A DNA stretch of 64,000 nt from Vicugna vicugna (GCA_013265495.1 MU058714.1:496001-560000), one strand, 5' to 3'; counted from the first letter of the stretch, positions 25,965 through 39,300 are shown. The notes: a model not told the origin generated them from the sequence alone. A program made the numbers and translations.

Positions 25965-26097
25965 TTTTTTCCCTCGGGAGAGGTAATTAAGTTTATTACT
26001 TATTTATTCATTTTTGCAAAGGCAGTACTGGGGATTGGACCCAGCACCTCATGCATGCTAAGGCACGCACTCTACCACTGAGCTTATGCCCTCCCCC
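25965..26097 (-). mobile_element. tRNA-derived SINE (camelid-type)
   Basis: GAGGTAATTAAGTTTATT tail module plus ACTGGGGATTGGACCCAG...CTCTACCACTGAGC. Confidence 0.85.
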
Positions 26098-26819
26098 TGA
26101 ACCGGTCTTCCAGATGCTTCCTCGGGACAGCCAGGCTGAGGGACTCAGGAGTCGGTGCTGGGCTACTGGGACCAGATCGAACACCCCCAGGCCACCTGAG
26201 CCCAGGGCTGTGGGCTGGAGAGTTCCGGAAAGGCCAAGGGCCACGCGGGGCTCCCTGCAGAGGGTCAGGAAAGGACCCTCCTCCATCTGCATCCCTACAG
26301 AGTCTGAGAGTTTTCTTCATGATTTTGAAACGGTGAATTAAAGGACAGAGGGTGCAGAGGATCTACGATTTCCATGTCCCCTGATTCCCAGGTGGGCTTC
26401 ACATCCCACTCGGACCTCACTCCCACCCTCTGGGCTGCAGGAAGGGGGCCTGGGGGAAAGCCCCCATTAGGCAAGTTCCTGCAGAGGAGGATGCCCCCTC
26501 CCCGCCACCGCGGGCAGGGGGCTCCCTGCTCCCAGCACCCCCATAATGCTTGACTGCCCTCTTCCACTTGCAAAATACAGGCTAATTCCCCTTAAACTGT
26601 CCTCCCCCCAACTCCCACCCCCGCCTCCATCCCACCCCCTCACAGGTCACTGGCCTGCTTCCCAGATGGGGAAATTCGGGCAAATGGGGAGATGACCCAG
26701 GAGCCTTCCGAAGCTGGGGCTTGCGAACTTCAGCGAGATCAGCTAGCCCTCCCCAGGCCTGTGACCCCAGCTCTTCCTCTCCCAACCTGTGCCCTGGGGC
26801 CTCCCCGTCCCAGGCTCAC

Positions 26820-26997
26820 CTGGGTGGTGCTCTCCCATCCCCTGCAGCCCCTCCGGTGGGTGCACACAGACATTGTTCTTGGAGAAGATGATCTCCCCAT
26901 CCAGGACGGAGGGGGGCCCGCCGCCGCCACCCGGGGTGAGGGTCAGGAGGTCCGAGGCTTTGGAGGAGGCCCGGCGAAGGAGGCGGCCCAGAGACAT
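26820..26997 (-). CDS. TBC1D16: TBC1 domain family member 16 (Rab GAP), first coding exon (exon 2), coding part
   Basis: ATG at 26997 gives MSLGRLLRRASSKASDLLTLTPGGGGGPPSVLDGEIIFSKNNVCVHPPEGLQGMGEHHP-G, matching the TBC1D16 N-terminus as recalled. Donor CAG|GTGAGC follows 26820 (phase 1). The exon extends 5' into the UTR to an acceptor at 27059 (pyrimidine tract TCCTCTCTCTTCCTCACCCAG). Confidence 0.96.
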
Positions 26998-27207
26998 TGC
27001 CGGGGGGGTGTTTCCATCCTCTGTGCACTTGGGCCCAGGCGGGGCTTGTCCAGACCTGCCTGGGTGAGGAAGAGAGAGGAGAGGCATGGCCCAAGGTCGT
27101 GGGGCTGCTCCACCCTCACACCAGTGGGCTGAAAACGGAAGCTGAGTGACCACAGAAGGGGTTCTGCTAACACAAGGCCAGGCCATAAGGCCACAGAGAG
27201 GGCGAAC

Positions 27208-27402
27208 TGAGTTCTCAGCTGTGGCGCTATGGACACGTGAGGCCAGGTCATTCTTAGTGGGTAGGGGGGTGCTGCCCTGTGCACTGCAGGATGTTTTAAA
27301 GCATCCCTGGCTGGCCTCCATCCACAAGATGCCAGGAGCACCCCTTCCCACCATGACAGTGCAAAGTGTCTCCAGGGGGCAAAACTGCCTTTGAGAACTG
27401 AT
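27208..27402 (-). mobile_element. MER20 hAT fossil
   Basis: GTTCTCAGC...GCCCTGTGCACTGCAGGATGTTT...GCATCCCTGG...AGATGCCAG...TCTCCAGGGGGCAAAA...TTGAGAAC. Confidence 0.78.
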
Positions 27403-28169
27403 CTAGAAGACCCTGCTCCCACAGCGGCAATTTCCTAAAACCTCCAGGCTTTCTCTCTGCTCAGGGTTCACCCCAGTGCCCCTGCCTTCCTGGACTTCTC
27501 AGCTCTCTGCTGTGCTTCCCAGGGAAGGTCCTGGCTCCCCTTCCTCCTTCCCATCCTTCCCGCCTCCTCCACTGCCGCCGGCCTATGTGGCTGTCAATCC
27601 AAAGCCAGCCTGACATCCCGAGGCACGCTGGCCGACTCAGCTGGGAAGGGTCGCAAGTGATTCATGAGGGACCCGAGTTTACATACAATTTATTTTTGAA
27701 AAAAATAAACTAGAAATCAAAGGTTCAGATCCAGAAGATCTACAGAACTCTTAAAGATCTCTGCAAAAAGGAGCAATATCCCAGCAGAAAAATCTGGACT
27801 CACAGACGAGGAAACGGAAGGACTGGGAATATGAAATGAAAAAGCAACTCTAATTCCAGCAAAAGCAAAGCAAAGAGCCAGGCTGCAGTTACGTGAATCA
27901 ACCAGACGTTCCCGTCAAAGGGGCTCCGGAGGGCCACCAACCAAGCTGGGAGTGGGACGACCGCACACACGATGTGCAAATGAAAAGATGCGTGTACAGC
28001 TATTTCCCAGTCAGAGGTCACGGATGTCCGAGACTTGGGCCACGCTGGGCGGGGGGCAGGCCAGCCTCGGGGCCGGGTGTGGGGCTCAGATGGGAGCACC
28101 ACAGAGAAGCTGCAACTCAATCTCTTGGAAAGAAACAAGAAAGACTTGAAGTCAATGTAATCCAAGCAT

Positions 28170-28590
28170 CGACTGGAAATGGATAAACACAGTGAGGTCC
28201 ATCCATGTGATGGAGTATTATTCAGCCTTAAGAAGGAGGGAAACTCTGACACCTGCTACCATATGGATGAACCTTGAGGACACTGTGCTCAGTGAAGTAA
28301 GCCAGACACAAAGGGACAAATACTGTTGAATTCCACTTATATGAAGTCCCTAGAATAGTCAAATTCATAGAGACAGAAAGTAGAATGGTGGGCGCCAGGG
28401 GCTGGGGATGGGAGAGAGTGTTTAATGGGGACAGAGTTTTCGTTTGGGAAGATGAAGGCATTCTGGAGGCGGATGGGAGTGATGGTTGCACAACACTGTG
28501 AATGTACCCAATGCTACTGAACTGTGCACCTAAAAGTGGTTAGGATGGTAAATTTTATGTCATGTGTTTTTTACCACAATAAAATTTTTT
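28170..28590 (+). mobile_element. Old L1M (L1MB-like) 3' UTR fragment (related piece at about 21560-21790)
   Basis: ATGGATGAACCTTGAGGACACTGTGCTCAGTGAAGTAAGCCAGACACAAAGGGACAAATAC...CAAATTCATAGAGACAGAAAGTAGAATGG...TTTTACCACAATAAAA. Confidence 0.82.
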
Positions 28591-29169
28591 TGAATTATCA
28601 ACGGGTGGAGGTTCTCAGGGTATGTTATATTGTTCTTTGAATTTTCTGCATTTTGTACGCTTCCCTCCACATCCAGAGCTGATTTAGGATGTTCTGATTT
28701 AGGATGCCTCCAGCACTTGGACAGGCTCTTGGGGCAGAGGGCAGGGGCTGGGGGTCCGGTGGGCTCAGCAGGGGAGGGGCGGTCTCACTGTCCTGGGACC
28801 ACGTGGCTCAAGGCTGGACCCCCAGCCGCTTCTGGCTTTCTGGGTGCCCCTCCATGGCCCCCAGCTCTGATCTCCCGTCTCCCACGGCTCCATTTTCCAG
28901 TTGCCTTCATGGCTGCTAACTCCCAAACACAGCATCCTTCCCACAGCTCCTTGCTGGCCCAAGAGCTGCCCTGCGCATTTACCCAGAAAGATCCACCACT
29001 CCCTTATCTCTCTAACTGCTGAGGTTCCCAGCGTCAACATGACCCTGAATCACCAGTTTTGGGGGGCCCAGGCCCAGCCGGGGTCCTCGTCTCCTCAGCC
29101 CTCAGCCACACTCAGGGCACCCGAGTCCCCACTTTCAACGTGGGCTACAGCATCAAGTGACCCCTCGGC

Positions 29170-29480
29170 TGAGGGGTCGGCCAGCTGGCTCTGCGAAGGG
29201 CCAGACAGTAAACATTGTTGGCCTGATGGTCACTGTTGAGACTGTTCAACTCTGCCTGATGGTGTGAATGCAGATGTCACGTGGCAGGTGTGCTGTGCTC
29301 CCACGAGAATTTGGTAACAGGTATTCACGCCAATTTTATGTCATTTTGACTTGTCACACAAAAAGAATTCTTCCAATTTTTTTCAACCATTAAAAAACAT
29401 AATAACCATCCTAACAGCTTACACTATACAAAACAAATGGAAGGCTGGATCTGGTCCACAGGCTGCACGTGCCGAGCCCG
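29170..29480 (-). mobile_element. MER58-like hAT fossil
   Basis: GAGGGGTCGGC...AAGGGCCAGACAGTAAACAT...CTGGATCTGGTCCACAGGC. Confidence 0.65.
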
Positions 29481-29837
29481 GCCCGGGCCACCTTCTCGAT
29501 ACTCGGGGCAGGGCTGTTCCTTGCTACCCAAATTCCCCCCAGGCTGACCTCTCGAAAAGCCTTCTAGCCACCCCCGGTCGTGAGGGTGTCCCTCCCTGTC
29601 TCAACCACTGTCTGGACACTGTGAGGCACATGAGGCCATCTGACAACCAACATATGAAACTTAAAAAAAAAAAATCACACACATTGTCTTTCCAAGTAAT
29701 CGTCTGGAAAAGCTCTATTCTCATTCTAATGATGACTCCATTCCATTGTCCAGAATATTTTTAGAATGCAAGAATCATTCCAGAATTTTAAGGTCAGTTG
29801 ATGAGCCCACACAAGAAAATGAATTCCCTTCTCTAGA

Positions 29838-30140
29838 CAGCGCTGCCCAGGAGATACACACCGCGAGCCTCGTATGCAATTTTCAATTTCCTAGTAACCA
29901 CAAATTTAAAAAGTAAAAAAGAAATAATGGAAATTCACTTTAATGATATACTCTTATTTAACCCATTATATCCCAAACGGTATCATGTTGGCATGTAATC
30001 AATATGGAAAGAATGACTGCTGAGCTATTTGACACGCTTAAATCTCCACAGGCTGGTGTGTATTTTGCACTGAAGTACACGTCAGGTCAGACCAGCAGGT
30101 TCCAGGTGCTCAGGGGCCCGTGGCCTCCAGGCGGGCGAGG
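29838..30140 (+). mobile_element. MER33-like hAT-Charlie fossil
   Basis: CAGCGCTGCCCA...TTTCCTAGTAACCACA...AAAGTAAAAAAGAAA...CATGTAATCAATAT...GGTGTGTATTTT. Confidence 0.72.
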
Positions 30141-30964
30141 CTGGGGCCAGGCTGAAGCCCCACCTCCTTTTGAGCTTCCAGCGGTATTACTTGGCGTAAC
30201 TGCCCTAACCACCAGGATGCGCTGCAAGCAACACTCAGCTGGGTCCAACAACCACACCATTTTTAAGTGAGGATGGTTTGCCACCTTTCAGGATAATCAA
30301 AAGAATGTGCTGGAAGACCTGAAGGGGATTCCAAACTACAAGTGTTCACAACAGAGCATTTTCCCACCCACCAGCCGTGAAGCCCCCTCCCGAGGCTCTG
30401 GACGGTGCACCCTAGAAGTGTAGCTTTGCAAATGAGCGAACAGGTGCATCACAGCCCAAGCCGCCCAGGGGCGGCCACCTGGACGCGAGACCTTTGTCCT
30501 CCGCACCCGGAGTTCCGGCTCCTGTCCACCCCAACTCTGCCACTGGGGTGAGCAAGGACAATCCCGCCGCCGGTTCCACGGGGTGGACACGCCTCTGGGT
30601 GGGTCCTGTACGGCTGTTAAACATTAGCCACGAATATTTACTCTCTCCAACCTCATTTACTTTGTAAATGTATTTGTTCTTTTATGAGCCTGTTTCATCT
30701 CAATGGAACCTGGTTCCCAACCTCTGCTATCAAAGTAGAAGTAGAGAATCCTTGACCTAGTTTTTAAAGCTTTTTCTTTTTTCAAATTATGGAATGTGTT
30801 CGGAGACGTATAAAGAATACATGTGCCTTAGATCACACAGTCCAAAAATATCTGTGTATTTTCTACTATCTTCTGTGTCTATCTTTCAGAAGCCACAAAG
30901 CCACCCACTGGAATGACACCATATCTTACTTTCAATTACAATATATAAATATATTTTTCCTTCC

Positions 30965-31331
30965 GATACAGGTTGAAGTCTGTCCTACCAAAATCCAGAT
31001 GTTCAAGTTCTAACCCCCACACCTCAGAATTCAAACTGACTTGGAGTAGGTCCTACACAGACGTAATGAAGTCAGAACGAGATCATTAGGGTATAGGCCC
31101 CAGGTCCGTGGGCCTGGGCTCCTGGGGGAAGAGGGGGTTTTGAGGCAGACACAGGGAAAAGGGGCGTGAACAGGAGAACAGCCGTTTTCAAGCCTGGGAG
31201 AGACACCTCAGGAGGACCAAGCACCCTCTTCTCCGGCTGCCAGACTCCAGGGCTGAGAGGAAAGCAAATTTCTGCTGCTTGAGGCGCCCAGTCTGCAGTG
31301 CTTTCCATGGCGGCCACAGGAAACCAATACA
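30965..31331 (+). mobile_element. MaLR (MLT1-type) solo LTR, degenerate
   Basis: GGTTGAAGTCTGTCC...CTAACCCCCACACCTCAGAAT...AAATTTCTGCTGCTTGAG...GAAACCAATACA. Confidence 0.72.
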
Positions 31332-32021
31332 CCATGTTATTAACAAATTTAAAAATTCAAAATGTCAACCTTCCACCTTAATTGCTATTTTGTGTTACAA
31401 GGATGCGCCATTCTTGAACCAGCCACCATCACTAGATAATTTGGTTTCCAAATAGTGCTATTTAAATAATAAACTTCACACTTTAATATACAAATCTTCA
31501 TCCGTATCCTCACTGTTTCCTTCGGATAATTTCTGGGAGTCTTGACTATTTCCTTGGGAGGATAAACTGGACCCCTGACATAGAACAGCCAATGGATTTC
31601 CAAAGAGGTACCAGAATTTTTAGGGAATTGGATCTTTGCTAATTTGGTAATTGGAAAGTGGTTTTCCGATGATCGATTCACTTCAGCAGGTTGTTCTATG
31701 TTTAAGAAACATAGGCATTGTGTTCTTGTCAGTGTGCTTTGCCAACTTTTCTGCTGGGGTGTTGGAATTCTTATTGATATGAAAGAACTCATTATATAGA
31801 AAAGATCTTAATCCTTTGCTATGGCTGCTGCATGTATATTTTTCCTAATTTGCTCTTTGCCTTTTAATTATATTATCTATTTTGAAGTATAGAGGTTTTA
31901 AGCGTCTATGCAAATTGATGGTACCTTTTCCTTAGAGATTTCTTGACACTTTTATACTTTATATCACTCTTCCCAAGGCAAATATCCGTTCATTGTTGGC
32001 TTATATTTATATCTAATTTTC

Positions 32022-32251
32022 CTTCTTTTAAATTTTTTTATTGATTTATAATCATTTTACAATGTGTCAAATTTCAGGGTAGAGCACAATTTTTCAGTCA
32101 TACATGAACATATATATATTCATTGTCACATTTTTTTCTCTGTGAGCTACCAATGTGAGCTAAGATCTTGTGTGTATTTCCCTGTGCTACACAGTATAAT
32201 CTTGTTTATCTATTCTACAATTTTGAAATCCCAGTCTATCTCTTCCCACCC
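32022..32251 (-). mobile_element. Short 3'-end fragment of the same young L1 family with a 14-bp TSD
   Basis: Highly similar to 43150-43390 (GTAGAGCACAATTTTTCA...CATTGTCACATTTT...CAGTATAATCTTGTTTATCTATTCTAC); flanked by TATATCTAATTTTC at 32008-32021 and 32252-32265. Confidence 0.9.
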
Positions 32252-35200
32252 TATATCTAATTTTCTTATGGTTTCCATTTGCAGTGAACTACTTCTGATA
32301 TTTTAAAAAGCCTCGTTCAAAGCATACATTCACCTGAGAAGGCCATCCATGTCAACTAGTCAGCAGCTCGCTGAACGAGGGTTTGTGTTGTTTTTATCGC
32401 TAGTTCCTGTTTTTGATGTATACTCAGTTGTTTGATGAAAACAGGGACATCAATTACAGCTTAATACAGCTGGGATGTTTGTCATGTGAAGCTTTACGGG
32501 AAATTTTTAAAGAGGGGGCCCCTAGCGACAACCCAGAGACCCGCGTGGCCTGGCCCGTGTTCTGGTCTGCATCCTCTCGGCTTCCCCACGTTGCACATGT
32601 GACAGACACATGTGGTTCATCCGCCATCAACACGCTCCAGCAAGAAGCAGGGAAGTGGGTCATTCAACCTCTTCCCCCGGGAACCACCCCACCCCCTGCA
32701 GCACCATCGACAGTAAGTTCTGGAAATTTGCCAGCCCTCAATTACACCAGCCCCTCTCCCCCGTGGGATGGGCCGCCCCCAGGGTGTACTGTGAACCAGG
32801 CTCTGCTCATGGGCAGCTGAATGGTGACTGCGCCCAGCCTGAGCCACACCCCGCCACCAGGACCCAGCTGTCCCAGGGGCCCCCTGGCCATAGCTTCCTC
32901 ATTTGGGACAAAGGAAGGAGCCGAGAGCAAGCTCCCCAAACACACCCTCATGGTCCGCATCCCCAGCCCCTGCAGGACTTTCCCCTGGGATCCCTCTTCC
33001 CGAATTATTTTGCTTCCGTTTAAAGAGATGGTTTGTTGCTACTGAGAAGGCAAGGCTTGTGCGTTCAGGATGCCTCACACCAGCGGGGCCTGCCCCCTCC
33101 ATCCAAGCTGGGAGTGACAACCACCTCTCGTCCACTTCACCATGTGGGGCCACAGCCCCCCAGCACCGTCTCCACTCCACCATCCCCACTAGGGTCCGGT
33201 GGCGACAGCCGCGGCGGGGAAGTTGGGCGGCACGTGAGTCGGCGGAGGCCAAGCTCCTCACTTCCTGTGAATTTCTACGCGGCTCCCACAACCCGGGTTG
33301 GCAGCGCCCTACCTTGGCAGTTCCACCCGAGCCCTCCAGCTGGTGAATAGAAATCTGAGCTTACCCCCACCTGCCAGAAGAGAGGGGAGGAAAAGAATCC
33401 CGAAAAGCACAGTTGCAGGCCACCTCCGGGCGGGACGATGCCCTCAGGGGTGCGGTCCCCCAGAATCAAGCAAGACCCCTGAGAAGCAGCAGCAGAGCGG
33501 AGGCTCAGCTCTCAAAGGACAGCACTGCGCCAGAGGCTCTCAGGCCACCCAACGCGGTGCATCTCCAAACCAGGGGGCTTTAAAGAACTCAGGGCAAATC
33601 CCTAACCCCTAGGCTCTGACCCAGGAGGTCCCGGGGAGGGGGGCTCCCGGGGGGGGAGGCGGGAAGAGTTCTGGGGATGGAAAGGCTTGACGCTCGCGCA
33701 GGGATGCGAACGCACTTAATGCTGCCGCACTGTGCACTTCACAGCGCTCAGTGTTCAAAATCCTGCTGTGTGCGCTTTACCACAATGAAAACATAGTGAC
33801 AGTGGAACCTGGAGAGGGGTGCGGACTCTCCGTGCTACCTGCTCAGTTTTCCAAACCTAAGGCTGCAAAGGTCTGTAAATCTGAAACTGCTCTGAAAAGT
33901 AAAATAATTTTTTTTTCAGGAGGACATTTGATACCAGGAAGTTCACACCCAAAGAGGCCGGGCCAGGGTGAAATCACGTGGATGGTGGCAAGGAAAAGGG
34001 CTGGAGGCCAGTGACAAAGGGAACTCGGGTCCCTGCACGGAGGGCAGGCTGCCAGCAGCAGCGACCTGATGGGAGATCTTCCTAATGCCCTTGAATCCAC
34101 AAAGATGCATGACCTTGAATGGTTCTCATTCAGATGTGCACAGCAGTTTACAACTGTGACCTTAGGGACTGGGTGTCCTATGGGGTCGGTAGGAACAGAG
34201 ATAGCCCCTCCCCTCCCCCCAGCAGACCAGAAGCTGTGCTCCAAAAGGCCCAGGTATAGAGCCCTGAGCAAGCAGAACGCCCAGGTCCCCTTCCCGGATC
34301 TGGGGTCTTTCTATGGGCCAGGCGTATTCTCCTAGTTACTCGGAAGTGGGAACCAGGGAACACGAGCACAATCTTTAAATGCCATCAGCAGAGGTCCTAA
34401 GGCACAAAATCAGTGAACACTCGAAAGGGAGCTGAGAAGCCCGTAGCCAGGAACAGCTATTTGACTTTTCGCATCTCTAGTGAGGACTTAGAGTTAATTG
34501 AAATCAAAATAGCAGCCCAAGATGCTTAAAGCACTTTGTACCAGGATTATAAATCCTCTCCCCAAATCCTGAGAGATGAAAGTGGATAGAGAAACAGCTC
34601 CAGGTAGCTCTCTGACAACAATAAAACCTCACTGAACGCATTCACTTAATTATCGTTCCTTTAAAATGGGTACATCCGTGTCAGTATTTTTTTTCAGTAT
34701 TGCTGATTTGAGATCACACGCTCCTAAATCCAAGACATCTCTGAGAAGTTCCTTTTAAGAAGGGCCTACCAGAATGCCATCTTCAGGAGAGTTCCAAATG
34801 CCGTGTTTTTGCTGATGGTAAGGAGAGCAGTGCCAACCTGGCAGCTGGCACAAGGATACAGTGATGGAGTCAGGCCAAGATCTAGAATGAGCATCAGCTT
34901 TGGGTGTGCAAAAAAAAAAAGGTAATGATTTTAAAAGGTAGAAAGTGAAAATGCCAGAGCTGGCTCTTAATCATCTCTGATCGACGCACATTATAAGTTA
35001 AATTTTGTGCTGCTCCGAGACATCAGCAGCCACTAGGCAGGGCCACATTTTTGCAAAATAGGCCACTGTGTAATTCGAAAGGAAAGACTTGGCCTCCCCC
35101 CAGAAAAAACACACACCCTTATTAAACAAAAGGCTCTCTGCAGAAACCCCCAGACTAAGGACTCCTTCCTTCCCACTAACCTGACTCCTTAAGAACCAGC

Positions 35201-35806
35201 GTGCCTCTGACAGCTAGACGCGTGGCCCTCCACGGCTTGCTGCGGTGAGTTACACTGGTGACCAAGGGAGCTCAAGGCTGCTTCCAGGAAGAGAGGGGTT
35301 TCAGGGTGGCTGGAGAGTGGGAGTGGGGGTGCCCGGAGGAGAAAGGTGTCAGAAACCACAGCAGCCCCAAGAGAAGGCGGGCGGGGCTGGGAAGGGGAGC
35401 AGATTTCTTCCTTCACAGCCCTGTTCAGATCTAGCCCTGCTGCTGGGCTGGAGCCAGTGGGCAGCAGCAGGCCTGCTGTTAACCACATGTGTCCCCTCCT
35501 CCCTCCCACTAGGAGCCACGTCGCCACTGACACTTGGCCCAGAGGCAGTTACAAAAAACCCCGTGTAGCAGTGGCGGGGCGGGGCCTTCCTCTAGCTAAT
35601 ATTTACAGGGGTGAAGTTAAGACATGACCCCAAATTCGTTCCCCGAGGTTTGGTGATTTATACCCAGGGAAAGAGCGTCCTCTTAGGTCGAGAGGCGAAA
35701 TCACCGATAAGCCAGAAATGAGCAAACATGGATTAAGAAATGACGCCCTTTAGAAAAGACACACTTCTCCCCTCTCACTTCCTTCAGGAAGCGCTTCCAC
35801 CCCAAG

Positions 35807-36309
35807 CGTATCAGTTTCCCATGGCTGCTGTAACAAGTCACTGCAAACTCAGTGACCTAAGACAACACAGGGTATTATCTGGCAGCTCTGGAGGACAGAA
35901 GTCAGCCCGGGTCTCACCAGGGTAAACTCGGGTGCCGGCCAGGCTGTGTTCCTTCCTGAGGCTCCAGAGGGAGAATCCGTTCTCCTACCTTTTCTGGCTT
36001 CAAAAATCCACCTGCATCCTTTGGCTCATGGCCCCTTCCTCCTCCTTCAAAACCAGCCACGTGGGGGGAGTCTTTCTCACAGGGCACCACTCTGACACTG
36101 ACTCTGCCCCGCTTCTCGTGTTCGAGGACCTTGTGATGACACCAGCCCACGGACAGTCCAGGACAACCTCCCCACCTCAGAGTCGGCCGATTGGCAATCT
36201 TAATCCCATCGGCAATCTTAATCCCCTTTGCCACGTGACTTTGCAGCCACAGGTTCCCAAAAGTAGGAAGTGACACCTGTGGGGACTTTCCTTCGCCAAT
36301 CACATCACA
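35807..36309 (-). mobile_element. MaLR (MLT1D-like) solo LTR
   Basis: TATCAGTTTCCCATGGCTGCTGTAACAAG...CCTTGGCTCATGGCCCCTTCCTCC; contains the duplicated GGCAATCTTAATCCC typical of this group. Confidence 0.82.
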
Positions 36310-39300
36310 CAAAGCACAATGTAAAAAGCTGACTTCTGACTCCCAGGGGGCTCTCCACCTCCACTGACCACCAAACCCTCATGCAGAACAACCACCCTTT
36401 TAAGCAACATGATGAGGACCCCAGCCCAGACCCAGGAGAGGAGAGAACCTGGCCTCCAAGCCCCCAGGGGGCAGCAGAACGGGACAGAAAAGCGCTGCGC
36501 ACAGACTGGCACGCGCCCTTGGGCGGCTTCCTCGGCCCAGAGCCTTGGGTACGGTGCCAGTACACGGGGCTCCGCCAATTCCCAAACGGGAAAACAAACA
36601 GCGCAAAGGAGCAAACCTGGAACCTTCCTAGGAAGACCAAAGGAACAGGGCAGCCCGGAGCCAGCAGGCGGGAGGCCCCGCCTGGACTTCTCCCGTCCAC
36701 GGCTCTGTGCCGTGTGCCCACCTCGGGCCACCCTGGTCCTGGCACCTCACAGGGCCGGCAGTTCCCACACACCTGAGGGCCGCAGCCCACGCCCACCGTG
36801 ACAGCTGCTCGCTGCAGCGAGGAGGAGGCAGGCAGGGAGTGGGGCCACTGGACCCTTGGCGGGGCATGTCATGGGGCAAAGCCCACAGGTGCTTCTTCCC
36901 CAGGCCTTGTCACTGTCACGCTGCTCAGGAGCAAAATGCCCTGAGCCCTAGTCACCTGCCATGTGGCCGGCAGAAACTGGTTCGTCTGCTTTGCCTTCAA
37001 AGCCCAGTCAACACAAAGCCGGGACAAGGCAATGCCATCTCAAACACGGGCCAGACACACGAACACAGGGACCACTTTCCTCCCACAGAAGTATCAGCTG
37101 CCAGCACACCTCGCAGGAGGCCCCAGCTCCCTCTGCCGTCCCAGAACCAGGCATGTGTACCATGGTCTTTTTGGGAACCCCCAACTTTGCGGTTCAATCG
37201 GTGATATAAACTCTGAAGATCAGGAGCCCCATTCTTTGGGGCACACAGTTTGGAGAGGTCGGGTCTCCTTCAGTCTCATGGCCCAGATAAGACACCTGTG
37301 AGCTGATAGCGCCCCTCCTCTTAGGTGACTCTAACTTCAAATTAGGGGATTATTGCAGAAGAGAAATATATTTGCTGCAAATACATGGCATTCAGGATTC
37401 ACAGGTAAAAGGCTGTGGCCCAAAGGTAGGGCCCCCATGCAGAGGTGAGGACAGGACAAGCAACTTGCATTTAAAACGAAGGAACGAAATTTAGGGCATG
37501 GAGCTTAGAGCTGGCACCTTGCACCATTTGCCATAAGGAAAAAGGACCTTCGAGAGGCCGTAACTGGACAAGACGGTTAAAAGAACGAGGGCGCGGGGAG
37601 ATCTGGTGGTCTGCTTAGCTGTGGCACTCCTTTTCCAACTGTCCAGCTGTCACTTCAGTTATCACCCACTGCCTGGAAAGCCCCAGAGCTTCTGTTTTTC
37701 AAGGCAAGGACCATCTGCTGCCCCTCGACAGTGAATACCCCAATACCATCACCCCTCAAAGAGCCAGGGAAGTGGGGCCTGCGAGAAGAAACAGATGTAA
37801 AGGTGAGCCAGGATTGGGGACCAAGGAAGGACCATAACCAACAGGCAAGGGTAAGTGTGAATCCAGCCAGAAAACCCACGACCGACCCCAGCGTGGATGA
37901 GGCGCACCTGGCCGCTGTACTGAGCCTGCAACCTGACCACACAGACTCTCTCACTGTCTGCAGTAAAGGAGTAGCTAATGCACCGCAAACCAGAAATCAA
38001 ACTTGGGGGAAATGTATTGGCAACAGCCCTGGAACACAACACACGTGGTCTCGCACAGGGAAAGCATTGTGGCTGCAGAAATTGAAAAACGAAAGGCTGT
38101 CAAATGCCATGTGTTAAGAATGCCCTTTGCTCCGAATCCAACACCGGAACGCGTAACGGCCGGTCTCTCAGACTACAGAATGCACGGTCACTCAGTGGAA
38201 CACCAGCACAGACACCTGTGCGTGCAAGTGGACACAGCTCAGGATGCACCCATTCCGTGGTGGTTTCTACAGGAGCCAATCCAGAAAGAGCGTGGAAAGC
38301 ATACAGCCACATCTCTCTGTGTGCGGTCAGGCGGGTGCACGCAGATCCCTCATCTCGTACATCAACTTTATACACCTGGACAGACTCGCCGCCCGAGGCT
38401 CAGGCACAGGAGGGCAGACCATTCAGACTGGACAACCGATGTGGGTTCTGGTCATGCAACTGAAGCGACTCGACACTCAGCTTAGTCTTAAGTGGTCTGA
38501 TTCCGCCCCTCAATGAGGATGGCTATGTTCGTTCAGAAGATGGAGTAAAGGACAGACTTCAGATCAGATACCATCAGACAGCTCATCAAAGCAGACTCAC
38601 TAGAGATGCAAGACCGGGGGTGCAAACACGCGTGGGGGCTCAGCAGCATCGAGGCCACCCGCACTGCAGTGGGTGGGAGAAGACTTCCCGTATCATTTCC
38701 TCGAATTTACTTTTTGGGGCGGGGGAGGAAAGTAGAGACTTGTGCCTTCTTTTCTACGGACTGGCCTCGTCAACCTTCGTCAAGCTAACACAAGAACAAC
38801 AGAACAACATGCAGTACAGCGCACGCCAGTAAAACCAGCCGCCATGCTGCACATCCTTCCTGCCTAAGGCCATCCTCCCCAGCTACACCGCTGTGTGAAA
38901 CTAACCCGCTGATCTCACAGGAGAGGATTCAGGCCTGTGAAAAGATTGGGGATCCCCGCCCTGGTGAGGGGCAGACGCTAAAATCTCTACTCCAGACCTG
39001 GTCACTCTGTTCCCCTAACAGCCCTCAGGGACCCAGCACCCCGAAAAGTTATAAAGAGCGTAAATATTGATGAACCAAAAGCCAAAACCAAACCTTTTTT
39101 ACCAATCTAATTAAAAGTGATAAATCCAAATGATGGTCATTAATAACAATAAAAAATTTATACTAATACACACTTGGGATGTGCCTGGTGCTTTAGATAA
39201 TCGTTGCAACAGAACACTGTGGTAGGTAGTATGACCCCCACTTTACAGATGGAGAAACCAAGGTACAGAGGCATTAAGTCAGTACTATGTACTGCGGTTG

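Noticed and set aside
36461..36475. CTCF-like CCCCCAGGGGGCAGC
   Set aside because: Weaker match in GC-rich DNA where such strings arise by chance; not supported without ChIP data.
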